Source: Prosthecobacter sp. (lineage in GTDB: Bacteria > Verrucomicrobiota > Verrucomicrobiia > Verrucomicrobiales > Verrucomicrobiaceae). From it: a stretch of 64,000 nucleotides of DNA. Where the stretch lies: the NCBI RefSeq assembly GCF_049294395.1, contig NZ_JBAQCR010000151.1, positions 5,444 to 69,443 of the forward strand. The letters run 5' to 3'. Each line of letters opens with the position of its first letter. Positions within the stretch are counted from its first letter, which is position 1. The translations under genes were made by a program, and so were the position numbers. A model generated the notes under the pieces. It was given only the letters and a program-made list of their open reading frames with translations, made no database searches and had not been told where the DNA came from. Shown here piece after piece: positions 42,319 through 52,018 of the stretch.

Positions 42319-43779
42319 ATGCGCGCCCCAGCCATACTAGCCACAGCAGACGAAGCCATCGCCGCCATTCCCAGCGGTGCCACCGTGGCCGTCAGTGGTT
42401 TCGTCGGTGCCGGACATGCGGAAATGCTCACTGCCGCCCTGGAGCGGCGCTTCCTGCAAACCGGCACGCCAAACGATCTCACTCTTTATTACTGCGCAGG
42501 TCAGGGAGACCGCGCAGAGCGCGGCTTGAACCACCTCGCCCATCGCGGCTTGCTCAAACGCATCGTCGGTGGCCATTGGAACCTCGCGCCAAAACTCGGG
42601 GCGCTGGCTCTGGCCAACGAAGTCGAGGCCTACAACCTGCCTCAGGGCGTCCTCTCCGTCCTCACCCGCGAAATCGCCGCCAAACGTCCCGGCTTGTTCA
42701 CCCAGGTCGGGCTGAACACCTTCATCGACCCCATTCACGGCGGCGGCATGCTCAACGCCCGTACCACCGAACCACTCGTGGAGCGCATCGAACTCGATGG
42801 TCAAATCTGGCTGCGCTACAAACCCATGCCCATCCATGTGGCCCTGATCCGCGCCACCTATGCCGATCCTCGCGGCAATCTCAGCATGGAGCGCGAAGGC
42901 CTGATCAGCGAGGTGCTGCCGATGGCGCAGGCCGCGAAAAATCACGGTGGCATTGTCATCGCCCAAGTTGAAAAGATCGTCGATCAGCTGTCCGATCCCA
43001 AATCCGTACGCGTCCCCGGTCTGCTCGTTGATTACATCGTCACCTCGGGCGGCCAGCAGCATGACCAGACCTTTGGCGAAGTCTTCAAAGAAGACTTCGT
43101 CGTCACAAGTGACGGCACTTTCACCCTGCCCCCAATGCCGGAATCCGAGCGCAAACGCATCGGCGCGCGTGCGCTGCGCGAAGTGCGCAACGGCGACATC
43201 GTCAATCTCGGCATCGGCCTTCCCGAAGCCGTGGCCATGGTCGCTGCGGAAACCGGCCGCCTGAGTGAATTCACCCTCACAGTCGAAAGCGGCCCCACCG
43301 GCGGCGTGCCTGCCTCCGGTCTCAGCTTTGGCTGCAGCCACTTTCCAGAAGCCATCATCGACCAGCCTTCTCAGTTCGACTTCTACGACGGCGGCGGGCT
43401 CGACATCGGCGTGCTCGGCGCCGTCGAAATCGATGCCGAAGGCAGCGTGAACGTCGCCAGCTTTGCAGACCGCTTCGCAGGCGTCGGCGGTTTCGTAAAC
43501 ATCGCCCAGTGCGCACGCCGCCTCGTCTTCTGCTGCACGTTTCAGGCAAAGGGAAACGCCAAGTTCGTGAATCACATCCAGCACGTCTGCTTCCACGGCC
43601 CCTCCGCCATCGCCCGCAGCCAGCAGGTGCTTTACGTTACTGAACGCGCCGTGTTCGAACTCACCCCGCACGGCCTCCGCCTCATCGAAATCGCCGCTGG
43701 ACTCGATCTGCAACGCGACGTCCTCGATCACATGCAGTTCAAACCCCTGCTCGCAGAAACCATCTCCATCATCCCATGA
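42319..43779 (+). CDS. Acyl-CoA:acetate/3-ketoacid CoA-transferase (fused family I, YdiF-like)
   Basis: 486 aa. N-terminal GATVAVSGFVGAGHAE. Candidate catalytic Glu region LTVESGPTGG. 4-nt ATGA overlap with the downstream thiolase gene. Confidence 0.82.
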   Translation: MRAPAILATADEAIAAIPSGATVAVSGFVGAGHAEMLTAALERRFLQTGTPNDLTLYYCAGQGDRAERGLNHLAHRGLLKRIVGGHWNLAPKLGALALANEVEAYNLPQGVLSVLTREIAAKRPGLFTQVGLNTFIDPIHGGGMLNARTTEPLVERIELDGQIWLRYKPMPIHVALIRATYADPRGNLSMEREGLISEVLPMAQAAKNHGGIVIAQVEKIVDQLSDPKSVRVPGLLVDYIVTSGGQQHDQTFGEVFKEDFVVTSDGTFTLPPMPESERKRIGARALREVRNGDIVNLGIGLPEAVAMVAAETGRLSEFTLTVESGPTGGVPASGLSFGCSHFPEAIIDQPSQFDFYDGGGLDIGVLGAVEIDAEGSVNVASFADRFAGVGGFVNIAQCARRLVFCCTFQAKGNAKFVNHIQHVCFHGPSAIARSQQVLYVTERAVFELTPHGLRLIEIAAGLDLQRDVLDHMQFKPLLAETISIIP

Positions 43780-44918
43780 AACCCGTTTACATCATCGACG
43801 CCAAGCGCACCCCCATCGGCCGTTTCGGCGGTGGCTTGAAAGCCCTCACCGCAGCAGAACTCGGACACGCTCTCGGAGATGCCATGCTTCCACAGGAACT
43901 GCGCGCCCACATTCAGCAGGTCATCCTCGGCCATGTTCTTCAGGCAGGCAGCGGCATGAACGTGGCGCGTCAGATCGGACTCAAGCTCGGCCTGCCGCAG
44001 GAAGTCCCCGCCTACACCGTCAACATGGCCTGCGGCTCCTCTCTCAAAGCCGTCGCGCTCGCCGCCGATGCCATCCGCAGTGGTGAGAACGATCTCGTGC
44101 TCGCCGGCGGCGTGGAGATGATGAGCCGCTCCCCGCATTACGCCATGGATCTGCGCTGGGGCAAAAAGCTCGGCGATTCTTCCATGCAGGACGCCATGTT
44201 CGTCGATGGCCTCACCGATCCCCTTCTCAAAATAGGCATGGGCGAAACCGCCGAACGCATCGCCGACAAACACGGTATCACCCGCGCCGAGCAGGATGCC
44301 TTCTCCGCACTCAGCCAGAGCCGTGTCGCCGCCAGTCGCGCCGCCTTGAGCCGCGAGATCATTCCCGCCGGCGATTTGACCGAAGACGAGCATCCGCGCG
44401 CCGAAACCACGGTCGATACCCTATCAAAGCTAAAGCCAGCCTTCCGCAAAGACGGCACCGTCACCGCCGGCAATGCCTCAGGCATCAATGATGGAGCCGC
44501 TTTGGCCTTGCTAGCCAGCGAGGACGCCGTCTCACGCCACGGCCTGAAACCCCGCGCACGCATCATCGCCAGCGCCGCTGTCGGCTGTGATCCCGCCTTG
44601 ATGGGCCTCGGTCCCGTGGGTGCCATTCGCAAAGTCTGCGCCCAGACCGGCTGGAGCCTCGGTGAAGTTGATGCCATCGAGATCAATGAAGCCTTCGCCG
44701 CCCAGGCGCTCGGCTGCATCAAGGAGCTCAATATCGACACAGCGAAGCTCAATCCACGCGGAGGCGCCATCGCCCTCGGTCACCCCCTCGGCGCCAGCGG
44801 CGCCCGTGTGCTGGTCACCCTTCTGCACTATCTCGAAGATCACGGCCTGCGACGCGGCATCGCCAGCCTCTGCATCGGCGGCGGCATGGGCATCGCCATG
44901 GCGGTGGAGCGGGATTGA
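43776..44918 (+). CDS. Acetyl-CoA C-acetyltransferase (thiolase II)
   Basis: VNMACGSSLKAV (active Cys). NEAFAAQ. GGAIALGHPLGASGAR. CIGGGMG C-terminal motif. Confidence 0.94.
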   Translation: MKPVYIIDAKRTPIGRFGGGLKALTAAELGHALGDAMLPQELRAHIQQVILGHVLQAGSGMNVARQIGLKLGLPQEVPAYTVNMACGSSLKAVALAADAIRSGENDLVLAGGVEMMSRSPHYAMDLRWGKKLGDSSMQDAMFVDGLTDPLLKIGMGETAERIADKHGITRAEQDAFSALSQSRVAASRAALSREIIPAGDLTEDEHPRAETTVDTLSKLKPAFRKDGTVTAGNASGINDGAALALLASEDAVSRHGLKPRARIIASAAVGCDPALMGLGPVGAIRKVCAQTGWSLGEVDAIEINEAFAAQALGCIKELNIDTAKLNPRGGAIALGHPLGASGARVLVTLLHYLEDHGLRRGIASLCIGGGMGIAMAVERD

Positions 44919-45005
44919 GACGTGTTCGCAGCAGGCATTCCTCAGGAAAATTGCACGCTCGGCTTGCACAGCCGCATCGTATCTCCATGATGAAATCCTC
45001 CCCAC

Positions 45006-45710
45006 ATGAGCGCTGTTTTTGACTCCCTTTCGCGATTTTACGCCTCCTCCATTGGCAAGAAGATTCTTGTGGCCCTCACCGGCCTCGCACTGATCGGCTT
45101 TGTACTTGGCCACATGATTGGCAACCTGCTGATCTTTGTCGGCAAGGACGCCATCAATGAATACGGTCACATGCTTCAGACCGCGCTGCATGGCGGTGGT
45201 GTTTGGATCGCCCGCATCGGCCTGCTGGTCGCAGTGGTGATTCACATCGTGGCCACCATCTCTCTGACCCGCGCCAACCGCGCCGCACGTCTGGACAAGT
45301 ATGGTCAGCACAAGGCGCAGGTGAGCAGCAAATCCTCCCGCATCATGATCTGGAGCGGCCTGACAATCCTGGCCTTCATCGTTTACCACCTGCTGCACTT
45401 TACCGTCCACGCCGGCAACAACTACGGCACCTACAAGACCACGCTCCACGGCGAAACCGTCCATGACGTCTACCGCATGGTCATCGCAGGCTTCTCCTGG
45501 GCCCCAGCGGTGTTCTTCTACATCCTCGCCATGCTGCTGCTCACCAGCCACCTCAGCCACGGCTTCAGCAGCCTGTTCCAGACACTCGGCGTCGCCACGG
45601 ACAAGACGGAGCCGCTGTTCAAGAAACTCGGTTACGCCTTCGCGGGTCTGATCCTCGTGGGCAACTGCTCCATCCCCATCGCCATCTACTTCTTCGGCTA
45701 CGGACGTTAA
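45006..45710 (+). CDS. sdhC: Succinate dehydrogenase/fumarate reductase cytochrome b subunit (b558, 5-TM type)
   Basis: 234 aa with five hydrophobic helices carrying His residues (GHMIGNL, VIHIVATI, YHLLHFT, TSHLSHG). It sits immediately upstream of sdhA. Confidence 0.8.
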   Translation: MSAVFDSLSRFYASSIGKKILVALTGLALIGFVLGHMIGNLLIFVGKDAINEYGHMLQTALHGGGVWIARIGLLVAVVIHIVATISLTRANRAARLDKYGQHKAQVSSKSSRIMIWSGLTILAFIVYHLLHFTVHAGNNYGTYKTTLHGETVHDVYRMVIAGFSWAPAVFFYILAMLLLTSHLSHGFSSLFQTLGVATDKTEPLFKKLGYAFAGLILVGNCSIPIAIYFFGYGR

Positions 45711-45728
45711 TTTTTTCTGCGACTCGCC

Positions 45729-47645
45729 ATGTCTCTTAATTCCAACATTCCCTCCGGCCCGATGGCCACGAAGTGGTCCAAGCACAAGCAGGACTCGAAG
45801 CTCATCAATCCGAAGAACAAACGCAAGTTCACCGTGCTCGTCGTGGGCAGCGGCCTTGCTGGCTCCTCCGCAGCGGCGACGCTCTCGGAGCTCGGCTACA
45901 AGGTGAAGTGCTTCTGCTTCCAGGACAGCGCCCGTCGTGCCCACTCCATCGCAGCGCAGGGCGGCATCAACGCGGCCAAGAACTATCAGAACGACGGTGA
46001 CAGCGTTCATCGTCTTTTCTATGACACCGTCAAAGGCGGCGACTTCCGCGCCCGCGAGGCCAACGTGCATCGCCTCGCCGAAGTCAGTGTCAACATCATC
46101 GACCAGTGCGTGGCGCAGGGCGTGCCCTTCGCGCGTGAATACGGCGGCATGCTGGCCAACCGCTCCTTCGGCGGTGCTCAGGTGAGCCGCACCTTTTATG
46201 CCCGTGGTCAGACCGGACAGCAGCTTCTGCTCGGTGCCTACTCGGCCCTGAACAAGGAAATCGCCTCCGGCGGCGTGAAGATGTACCCGCGCACTGAAAT
46301 GCTCGATCTCGTGACCGTGGACGGCCACGCCAAGGGCATCGTCACACGCGATCTCGTCACCGGCAAAATCGAATCTCACGCAGGTGATGCCGTGCTGCTT
46401 TGCACCGGCGGTTACGGCAACGTCTTCTACCTCTCCACCAACGCGATGGGCTGCAACGTCACTGCGACGTGGCGCGCTCACCGCAAAGGCGCGTTCTTTG
46501 CCAATCCCTGCTACACGCAGATCCACCCGACCTGCATTCCCGTCAGCGGCGACTACCAGAGCAAGCTCACGCTCATGTCCGAGTCCCTCCGCAACGACGG
46601 TCGCGTCTGGGTCCCCAAAAAGAAGGAAGACTGCGGCAAGGCTCCGGACCAGATCCCAGAAGCGGACCGCGACTACTACCTGGAGCGCAAGTACCCCAGC
46701 TTCGGCAACCTTGCCCCTCGTGACATCTCCTCCCGTGCAGCCAAGGAAGCCTGCGATGACGGACGCGGCGTCGGCCCTGGCGGTCGCGGCGTGTATCTCG
46801 ATTTCGCGGAAGCCATTGGCCAGTTCGGAGCCAAGACCATCGCCGAGCGTTACGGCAACCTCTTTGACATGTACGAGCGCATCACCGGTGAAAGCGCCTA
46901 CAAGCGCCCGATGCGCATCTACCCCGCCGTTCATTACACCATGGGCGGCCTCTGGGTGGACTACAACCTCATGAGCAACCTCCCTGGCCTGCACGTGCTT
47001 GGCGAGGCGAACTTCTCCGACCACGGCGCCAACCGCCTCGGTGCCAGCGCGCTCATGCAGGGCCTCGCGGATGGCTATTTCGTCATCCCGACGACCATCG
47101 CCAACTACCTCGTGAATCAGAAGCCCGGCAGCATCACCACCGAGCATCCTGAATTCAAGAAGGCTGTCGAAAACTGCACCGCCCAGACCAAGCGCTTCCT
47201 CAACATCAAGGGCAAGCGCAGCGTGGACAGCTTCCACCGTGAACTCGGTCTCCTCGTTTGGGACAAATGCGGCATGGCCCGCACCAAGGAAGGCCTTACC
47301 GAGGCCATCAACCGCATCCCCGCCCTGCGCGAAGAATTCTGGCAGAACGTCAATGTCCCCGGCAGCGGCGACTTCACCAATCCCGAGCTCGAAAAAGCCG
47401 GCCGCGTGGCTGACTTCATGGAGTTCGCCGAACTCCTCTGCCTCGACGCCCGCCACCGCGAAGAAAGCTGCGGCGGCCACTTCCGCTCTGAATATCAATA
47501 CCCGGATGGCGAAGCCAAGCGCGACGACGAAAACTTCAGCTACGCCGCCGCTTGGGAATACACCGGCAATCTAAGCCAGCCCATCCTCAACAAGGAGCCG
47601 CTGACCTTCGAAGAAGTCCACCTCGCCGTCCGCAGCTACAAATAG
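45729..47645 (+). CDS. sdhA: Succinate dehydrogenase/fumarate reductase flavoprotein subunit
   Basis: [15 protein letters not shown] fold. [14 protein letters not shown] (FAD-linking His). [20 protein letters not shown]. Confidence 0.96.
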   Translation: MSLNSNIPSGPMATKWSKHKQDSKLINPKNKRKFTVLVVGSGLAGSSAAATLSELGYKVKCFCFQDSARRAHSIAAQGGINAAKNYQNDGDSVHRLFYDTVKGGDFRAREANVHRLAEVSVNIIDQCVAQGVPFAREYGGMLANRSFGGAQVSRTFYARGQTGQQLLLGAYSALNKEIASGGVKMYPRTEMLDLVTVDGHAKGIVTRDLVTGKIESHAGDAVLLCTGGYGNVFYLSTNAMGCNVTATWRAHRKGAFFANPCYTQIHPTCIPVSGDYQSKLTLMSESLRNDGRVWVPKKKEDCGKAPDQIPEADRDYYLERKYPSFGNLAPRDISSRAAKEACDDGRGVGPGGRGVYLDFAEAIGQFGAKTIAERYGNLFDMYERITGESAYKRPMRIYPAVHYTMGGLWVDYNLMSNLPGLHVLGEANFSDHGANRLGASALMQGLADGYFVIPTTIANYLVNQKPGSITTEHPEFKKAVENCTAQTKRFLNIKGKRSVDSFHRELGLLVWDKCGMARTKEGLTEAINRIPALREEFWQNVNVPGSGDFTNPELEKAGRVADFMEFAELLCLDARHREESCGGHFRSEYQYPDGEAKRDDENFSYAAAWEYTGNLSQPILNKEPLTFEEVHLAVRSYK

Positions 47646-47660
47646 TGGTTTCCTGCCGTC

Positions 47661-47948
47661 ATGACCCGCGAATCTGAGTCCGAACTCCTCCATTTCTGCG
47701 CCACCCAGCGCGGGGAGTTCCACGAAGACGCGTGGACCAGCTTCGCCCCCATCGAAAAAAAAGAGATGGCCGCCGTCTGCCTCTTCCTGGCAGGCGTGGA
47801 CTGGTTCGGGCATCAGCAAGACCTCCGAAACGCTGCTCGCAAATTGCTCAATGGTGCCGAGACCACCTTTGGTGTACTCGCTCGTTCTCTCCGCTTCGAC
47901 ACTCCTCGATTCGCCAACTCGCTCAAAAGGAGGCTCGGCCATGCATAG
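47661..47948 (+). CDS. Hypothetical 95-aa protein, first gene of a two-gene insert in the sdh operon
   Basis: ATG 15 nt after the sdhA stop. Same strand. Its stop overlaps the next ORF's start by 8 nt. I recognise no motif, so coding status rests on position and composition only. Confidence 0.45.
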   Translation: MTRESESELLHFCATQRGEFHEDAWTSFAPIEKKEMAAVCLFLAGVDWFGHQQDLRNAARKLLNGAETTFGVLARSLRFDTPRFANSLKRRLGHA

Positions 47949-48516
47949 TCTGCACCCAGAACTCACCCGCGCCATGGGCGAAATGATGGATCGTATAGAC
48001 GGATTCCTGCGCGACAGCGGATACGCCGGAGAGCCCGTTCAGATGTATCTCGCAGGAGGCATGGCCGTTCACTACTACTGCGGCACACGTTACACGGATG
48101 ACGTGGACGCCACTTTCTCCCGACGGCTGATCCTCCCATTTGAAAAGCTGGTCATCGACTACATGCGTGAAACGGGAAAGCCGTCCTGCATCTACTTCGA
48201 CACCACTTACAACGACACCTTCGCTCTCCTGCATCCCGATCATCGCGAGTGCTGCGTTGAATGGGAGGGGATGGGCAATGAGCACCGGCTGATTCATCTG
48301 CTCGTCTTCTGTCCGGTCGATCTGGCTGTCTCGAAACTCTCCAGGTTTTCACCGAACGATCAGGCTGACATTCTCGCACTGGCCCGCCAGCGTTATTTCA
48401 CCACGGATCAACTCCAAACCCGCGCCACTGAAGCGCTCGACCATTACGTTGGCGAAACGCGCTGGATTCACCTCAATCTGGCCCAGATCAGCCAGGAAAT
48501 CGCCCTCGCCGCTTAA
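47941..48516 (+). CDS. Minimal nucleotidyltransferase-fold protein (AbiEii/DUF6036-like)
   Basis: The ATG at 47941 is preceded by AAAAGGAGGCTCGGCC (AGGAGG 7 nt upstream). [23 protein letters not shown] fits the Pol-beta NTase signature GG-x(~13)-[RT]xDxD. 191 aa. The track ORF start at 47851 is a less likely upstream start. Confidence 0.6.
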   Translation: MHSLHPELTRAMGEMMDRIDGFLRDSGYAGEPVQMYLAGGMAVHYYCGTRYTDDVDATFSRRLILPFEKLVIDYMRETGKPSCIYFDTTYNDTFALLHPDHRECCVEWEGMGNEHRLIHLLVFCPVDLAVSKLSRFSPNDQADILALARQRYFTTDQLQTRATEALDHYVGETRWIHLNLAQISQEIALAA

Positions 48517-48538
48517 TTTTTCATCAAACCAAGTTCCC

Positions 48539-49327
48539 ATGTCTCAACTCAATCTGCACCTCAAAGTCTGGCGTCAGAACGGCTCGCAACCCGGTCATTT
48601 CCAGGACATCGACGCCCCGGACATTCCCGATCATGCCTCCTTCCTGGAGATGATGGACATCGTCAACGAGCGCCTCATCTCCAAGGGCGAAGATCCCGTG
48701 GCCTTTGACCACGACTGCCGTGAAGGCATCTGCGGCATGTGCTCCATGCAGATCAACGGCGTTCCACACGGCCCTGAAAAAGCCACCACGACCTGCCAGC
48801 TTCACATGCGCAAGTTCCGCAGCGGAGACACCATCTGGGTCGAGCCTTTCCGCGCACGTGCCTTCCCGGTCCTGAAGGATCTCATGATCGACCGCAGCGC
48901 CTTTGACCGCATCCAGCAGGCCGGCGGTTTCGTCAGCGTGCGCACAGGTGCGCCGCAGGACGCCAATGCCCTGCCCATCGGCAAGGAAGTCGCTGATTCC
49001 GCCATGGACGCAGCCGAGTGCATCGGCTGCGGTGCCTGCGTGGCCGCCTGTAAAAACGCCAGCGCCATGCTCTTCGTCTCCGCGAAAGCCGGCCAGCTCA
49101 ATTCCCTGCCCCAAGGCCAGCCTGAAAAAGACCGCCGCACCCTCGGCATGGTCCGCCAGATGGACAAAGAAGGCTTCGGCAACTGCACCAATCAATACGA
49201 GTGCGAAGCCGCCTGCCCCAAGGAGATCAGCGTCCGCTGGATCACCAAGCTCAACCGCGACTATGCCGTGGCTGCCGTCAAAGACGCCTTTGGCAACAGC
49301 CGCAAGGAAGCGGGCGGCGGAGATTGA
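48539..49327 (+). CDS. sdhB: Succinate dehydrogenase/fumarate reductase iron-sulfur subunit
   Basis: I use the ATG at 48539 ([15 protein letters not shown]). 2Fe-2S motif [18 protein letters not shown]. 4Fe-4S/3Fe-4S motifs [11 protein letters not shown] and [12 protein letters not shown]. Confidence 0.94.
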   Translation: MSQLNLHLKVWRQNGSQPGHFQDIDAPDIPDHASFLEMMDIVNERLISKGEDPVAFDHDCREGICGMCSMQINGVPHGPEKATTTCQLHMRKFRSGDTIWVEPFRARAFPVLKDLMIDRSAFDRIQQAGGFVSVRTGAPQDANALPIGKEVADSAMDAAECIGCGACVAACKNASAMLFVSAKAGQLNSLPQGQPEKDRRTLGMVRQMDKEGFGNCTNQYECEAACPKEISVRWITKLNRDYAVAAVKDAFGNSRKEAGGGD

Positions 49328-49333
49328 TCCGTT

Positions 49334-50080
49334 TTACGGCTTCGGCTGCCCGGGAGGAGGAGCAGGCTTGTCCTGCTCCGGTGGCGGACGGCGGAACCCG
49401 TCCTTGGGCTCTCCTCCCCGCTCACGAAATTTCATGAATTCCTGACCCGCAGCCTCGCGGTAGATGTCGCGGAATTTTTTGAAGGCCTCCATGCGCTCTG
49501 CAGTAGGCAGTGTATCCAGCCTCGCCAGGGCTTCTTTGACACGCGGCAGCTGCAGCAGCCGCTCATGGAAAACCCGCGTCTCATCACGACGCTCAGGCCG
49601 TGAGATGGATTGCAATTCAGCCCCGAGTCGGATGGCCGCCATGTGGGCGAAATTGGGCGAATCCGGCTTCGGCATCTCTGGCAGGCCACGCTGATCCATC
49701 GGAAACTGCGGTTTGATCTTTTCCAGGATGCCCACGACTTCAGGATCAATTTCCTTCAGGGCGTTGTGCAGCGTGTTGCGCATCTCCTCATTCGCCCGCA
49801 GTGCTCTGTCCCGCGATTCGATCACCTCGGGACGCTGCCAGGCCTTTTCGAAAGCGGCCCGCACCTTCTGCTTCTCGACTTCAGAGAGTTTTTCAAAGCC
49901 GTCAAACCCACGGGGTCTGCCCATGCCCGGAGGTCCTCGATGTTCTCCTTCACGATACGGCGGCGGGCCGTCGCCAGGTTTGGGCGGAGGTGGCGGCGGC
50001 ATTGGTTTGTCACCTTCCGACTGAGCGAGAGCAGCCGTGGCGAGGGTAAATAGGAAGACCAGAGGTCGCATGGCGGTCAT
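49334..50080 (-). CDS. Secreted Pro-rich, helical hypothetical protein (possibly a Spy/CpxP-like periplasmic protein)
   Basis: Signal peptide MTAMRPLVFLFTLATAALA (ATG at 50080 or 50071). Pro-rich ends (PPPPPPKPGDGPPP; PPPEQDKPAPPPGQPKP). Charged helical core. The function is a guess. Confidence 0.5.
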   Translation of the reverse strand: MTAMRPLVFLFTLATAALAQSEGDKPMPPPPPPKPGDGPPPYREGEHRGPPGMGRPRGFDGFEKLSEVEKQKVRAAFEKAWQRPEVIESRDRALRANEEMRNTLHNALKEIDPEVVGILEKIKPQFPMDQRGLPEMPKPDSPNFAHMAAIRLGAELQSISRPERRDETRVFHERLLQLPRVKEALARLDTLPTAERMEAFKKFRDIYREAAGQEFMKFRERGGEPKDGFRRPPPEQDKPAPPPGQPKP

Positions 50081-50168
50081 TTTCCGCCGCTGCACCCTGT
50101 TGGCAACTTGATAGCTGGTCTCAGTCTTCATTGAGGCTAATAACCCGTCTGCCAGCCAAAAGTTGCAC

Positions 50169-51182
50169 TCACTTGATGCGCTCCAGTTTCAGCAGGGGTG
50201 CCGCCGGCGAAGCAAACTGCGCCACGTAAAGGTTTCCCTCGGCATCCACAGCCACGCCATGAGGATGAATGAAGGTCTTGTGATCGCTCTGCATTGGCTG
50301 CAATACCCCATCCACATAAACAGCCGCTGGTGCACCTATGTTGGACACGATCCGATACTCCCGGTCCACAATGGAAATGAAGCCGGGGGAGTTCTTGTCC
50401 TTCGGCCACTGATCACCCAGATGCGGCACAATCACATTCTCCCCCCAAAATACGATGTCCCTCGGATTCCCGCCGGGCATGGCGATTTTGTCGATGAACT
50501 GCCCGTCTGCCGTAAAACGTTTGATCTCCTGCTGGTCGCTCATGGCGATAATCACCCGTGTTTTTGCGGAATCCGACACATCAATTCCGCCGCCATGCGG
50601 CCCCCAATGCTTCAGTTGGTTCTCCCCTTCCCCCAGATTTCCACCCCACGAGCGCAGCAGCGAGCCATCCGGTTTGTAGTGAAAAATGTAGTCCTTCCCG
50701 TAACCGTCGAACACGAAGAACTCCCCGTTCGCGAAATGAATCGTTTTCGAGGGCCGGTACTCATTCGCGCTCGCATGCAGCTTCGCCTGCTCCGGCCATG
50801 CAAAATGCGCCAGTTCTTCGCCATCCAGCGTCAATTTGCGCACCTCATGGAGCTGCGTGTCTGTGATGAAGAGCACCTCGCGCTCCCCTTCACGCACCAG
50901 ACTCATCCCATGCGCTCCCGGCATGCGCGCCGTCCAGTGCTTGATCAAGGCCCCCGTTTTCGGATCGAGCACAACCACATTGTTCCTGACGTCATCCGTC
51001 AGAAACAACAAGCGTCCATTTGCATCAATGTTCACTGCGTGACCATTTTTGACGTTCACCTGCGCAAGCGCCTCACGTCCCCAGCCAGGCACCACCCGAT
51101 AACGAAACTCCCCTTGGCCAAGAATGTCTTCAGCATGGGAAAAACCTGCTGCAAGCAGGCACAAGATAACAAAACGAATCAT
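50169..51182 (-). CDS. Secreted NHL-repeat / six-bladed beta-propeller protein (peptidyl-alpha-hydroxyglycine lyase-like)
   Basis: I use the ATG at 51182 (MIRFVILCLLAAGFSHA). Recurrent blade-like segments (NGRLLFLTD, VLFITDT, FFVFDGYG, VIIAMSD, HPHGVAVDAEGNLYVAQ). Confidence 0.6.
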   Translation of the reverse strand: MIRFVILCLLAAGFSHAEDILGQGEFRYRVVPGWGREALAQVNVKNGHAVNIDANGRLLFLTDDVRNNVVVLDPKTGALIKHWTARMPGAHGMSLVREGEREVLFITDTQLHEVRKLTLDGEELAHFAWPEQAKLHASANEYRPSKTIHFANGEFFVFDGYGKDYIFHYKPDGSLLRSWGGNLGEGENQLKHWGPHGGGIDVSDSAKTRVIIAMSDQQEIKRFTADGQFIDKIAMPGGNPRDIVFWGENVIVPHLGDQWPKDKNSPGFISIVDREYRIVSNIGAPAAVYVDGVLQPMQSDHKTFIHPHGVAVDAEGNLYVAQFASPAAPLLKLERIK

Positions 51183-51280
51183 GCAGCCATGCAATCATGC
51201 CTCCCGCCCCGGCGCAAGATCAACGCATGGATGGTTTGCCAGCACCCGTATTGCTGCGAGGGTGATCCCCGCTTCCTCTC

Positions 51281-51976
51281 ATGGTCTTCATTCTCATTGT
51301 CGCTGCTCTTTTCCTCGGCCTCGCCGTTGCCCGCTGGGCTCAGGCACGCCATGAGTCGATGATGCTCAAAGGCTTTCGGGCGAATGCCCCCACCGCGCAT
51401 ACGGGCAGCGAGATCGCCCTCATGTTTTTAAAATCCGAAGGCGTGGATGACGTGCAGATCGTCGAGCACAACGCTGTTGTGACCGATTACTTCGATCCGA
51501 CCCGCCGCCGGCTGTTTCTGAGACGGGATGTCGCCGAGGGCACGACTTTGTCCGCTTGGGCCATCGCCCTGCATGAGGCGGCGCATGCGCTGCAGACAGG
51601 AGAGGCTCTCAGCGAACTTAAGTGGAGACAGAGCTGCATCCGCATGAGCCGCTACCTTCCCATGGCCGCCGTCTTCGCCATCGTGGGATTGATGATCGCC
51701 CGCATTCTCATAGCGAAGAACGCCATTTTCGTCACCGCCGGCGTCATCGTCATCCTGCTGCTGCTGAACCTCGGCAGCGTGCCGCTGGAGTTCAACGCCA
51801 ACAAGCGTCTGCGCCGTTTCCTGGATGGTTATCTCAAAAATCATCCGCAAGCTGGTGGTCGGCTTGATGAACTGCTTTTTTGCATGGCCATTCGTGAAGT
51901 CGGCGATCTGCTGCGCTCGCCCCGTTATTTCTTCCTGAGCGCCCTGCCCGGCACGGGAAAGATGAGGCCGCAGTGA
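51281..51976 (+). CDS. Membrane zinc metallopeptidase, YugP (Zn_peptidase_2) family
   Basis: HEAAHALQ zinc motif. DYFDPTRRRLFL (compare DHYDP...L.LS). An N-terminal TM helix and C-terminal TM helices. Confidence 0.8.
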   Translation: MVFILIVAALFLGLAVARWAQARHESMMLKGFRANAPTAHTGSEIALMFLKSEGVDDVQIVEHNAVVTDYFDPTRRRLFLRRDVAEGTTLSAWAIALHEAAHALQTGEALSELKWRQSCIRMSRYLPMAAVFAIVGLMIARILIAKNAIFVTAGVIVILLLLNLGSVPLEFNANKRLRRFLDGYLKNHPQAGGRLDELLFCMAIREVGDLLRSPRYFFLSALPGTGKMRPQ

Positions 51977-52018
51977 TCTGAGTGGCAAGGCGTCCATCTT
52001 GGGTGACGTTGTATTCTC

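Noticed and set aside
42128-42319. 63-aa minus-strand ORF in the SDR/CoA-transferase intergenic gap.
   Set aside because: Its translation (…SPRPFDFVYLRCAPVPRRGICVVVSQGRGEGE…) looks like read-through of a GC-rich inverted repeat, and it has no start context. I treat it as non-coding REP-like DNA.
47646-48538. Mobile-element hallmarks around the sdh insert (target-site duplications, terminal inverted repeats, integrase/transposase).
   Set aside because: I compared the ~40 nt on each side of the insert by eye and saw no direct or inverted repeats. No recombinase gene is present, so I do not call it a mobile element.
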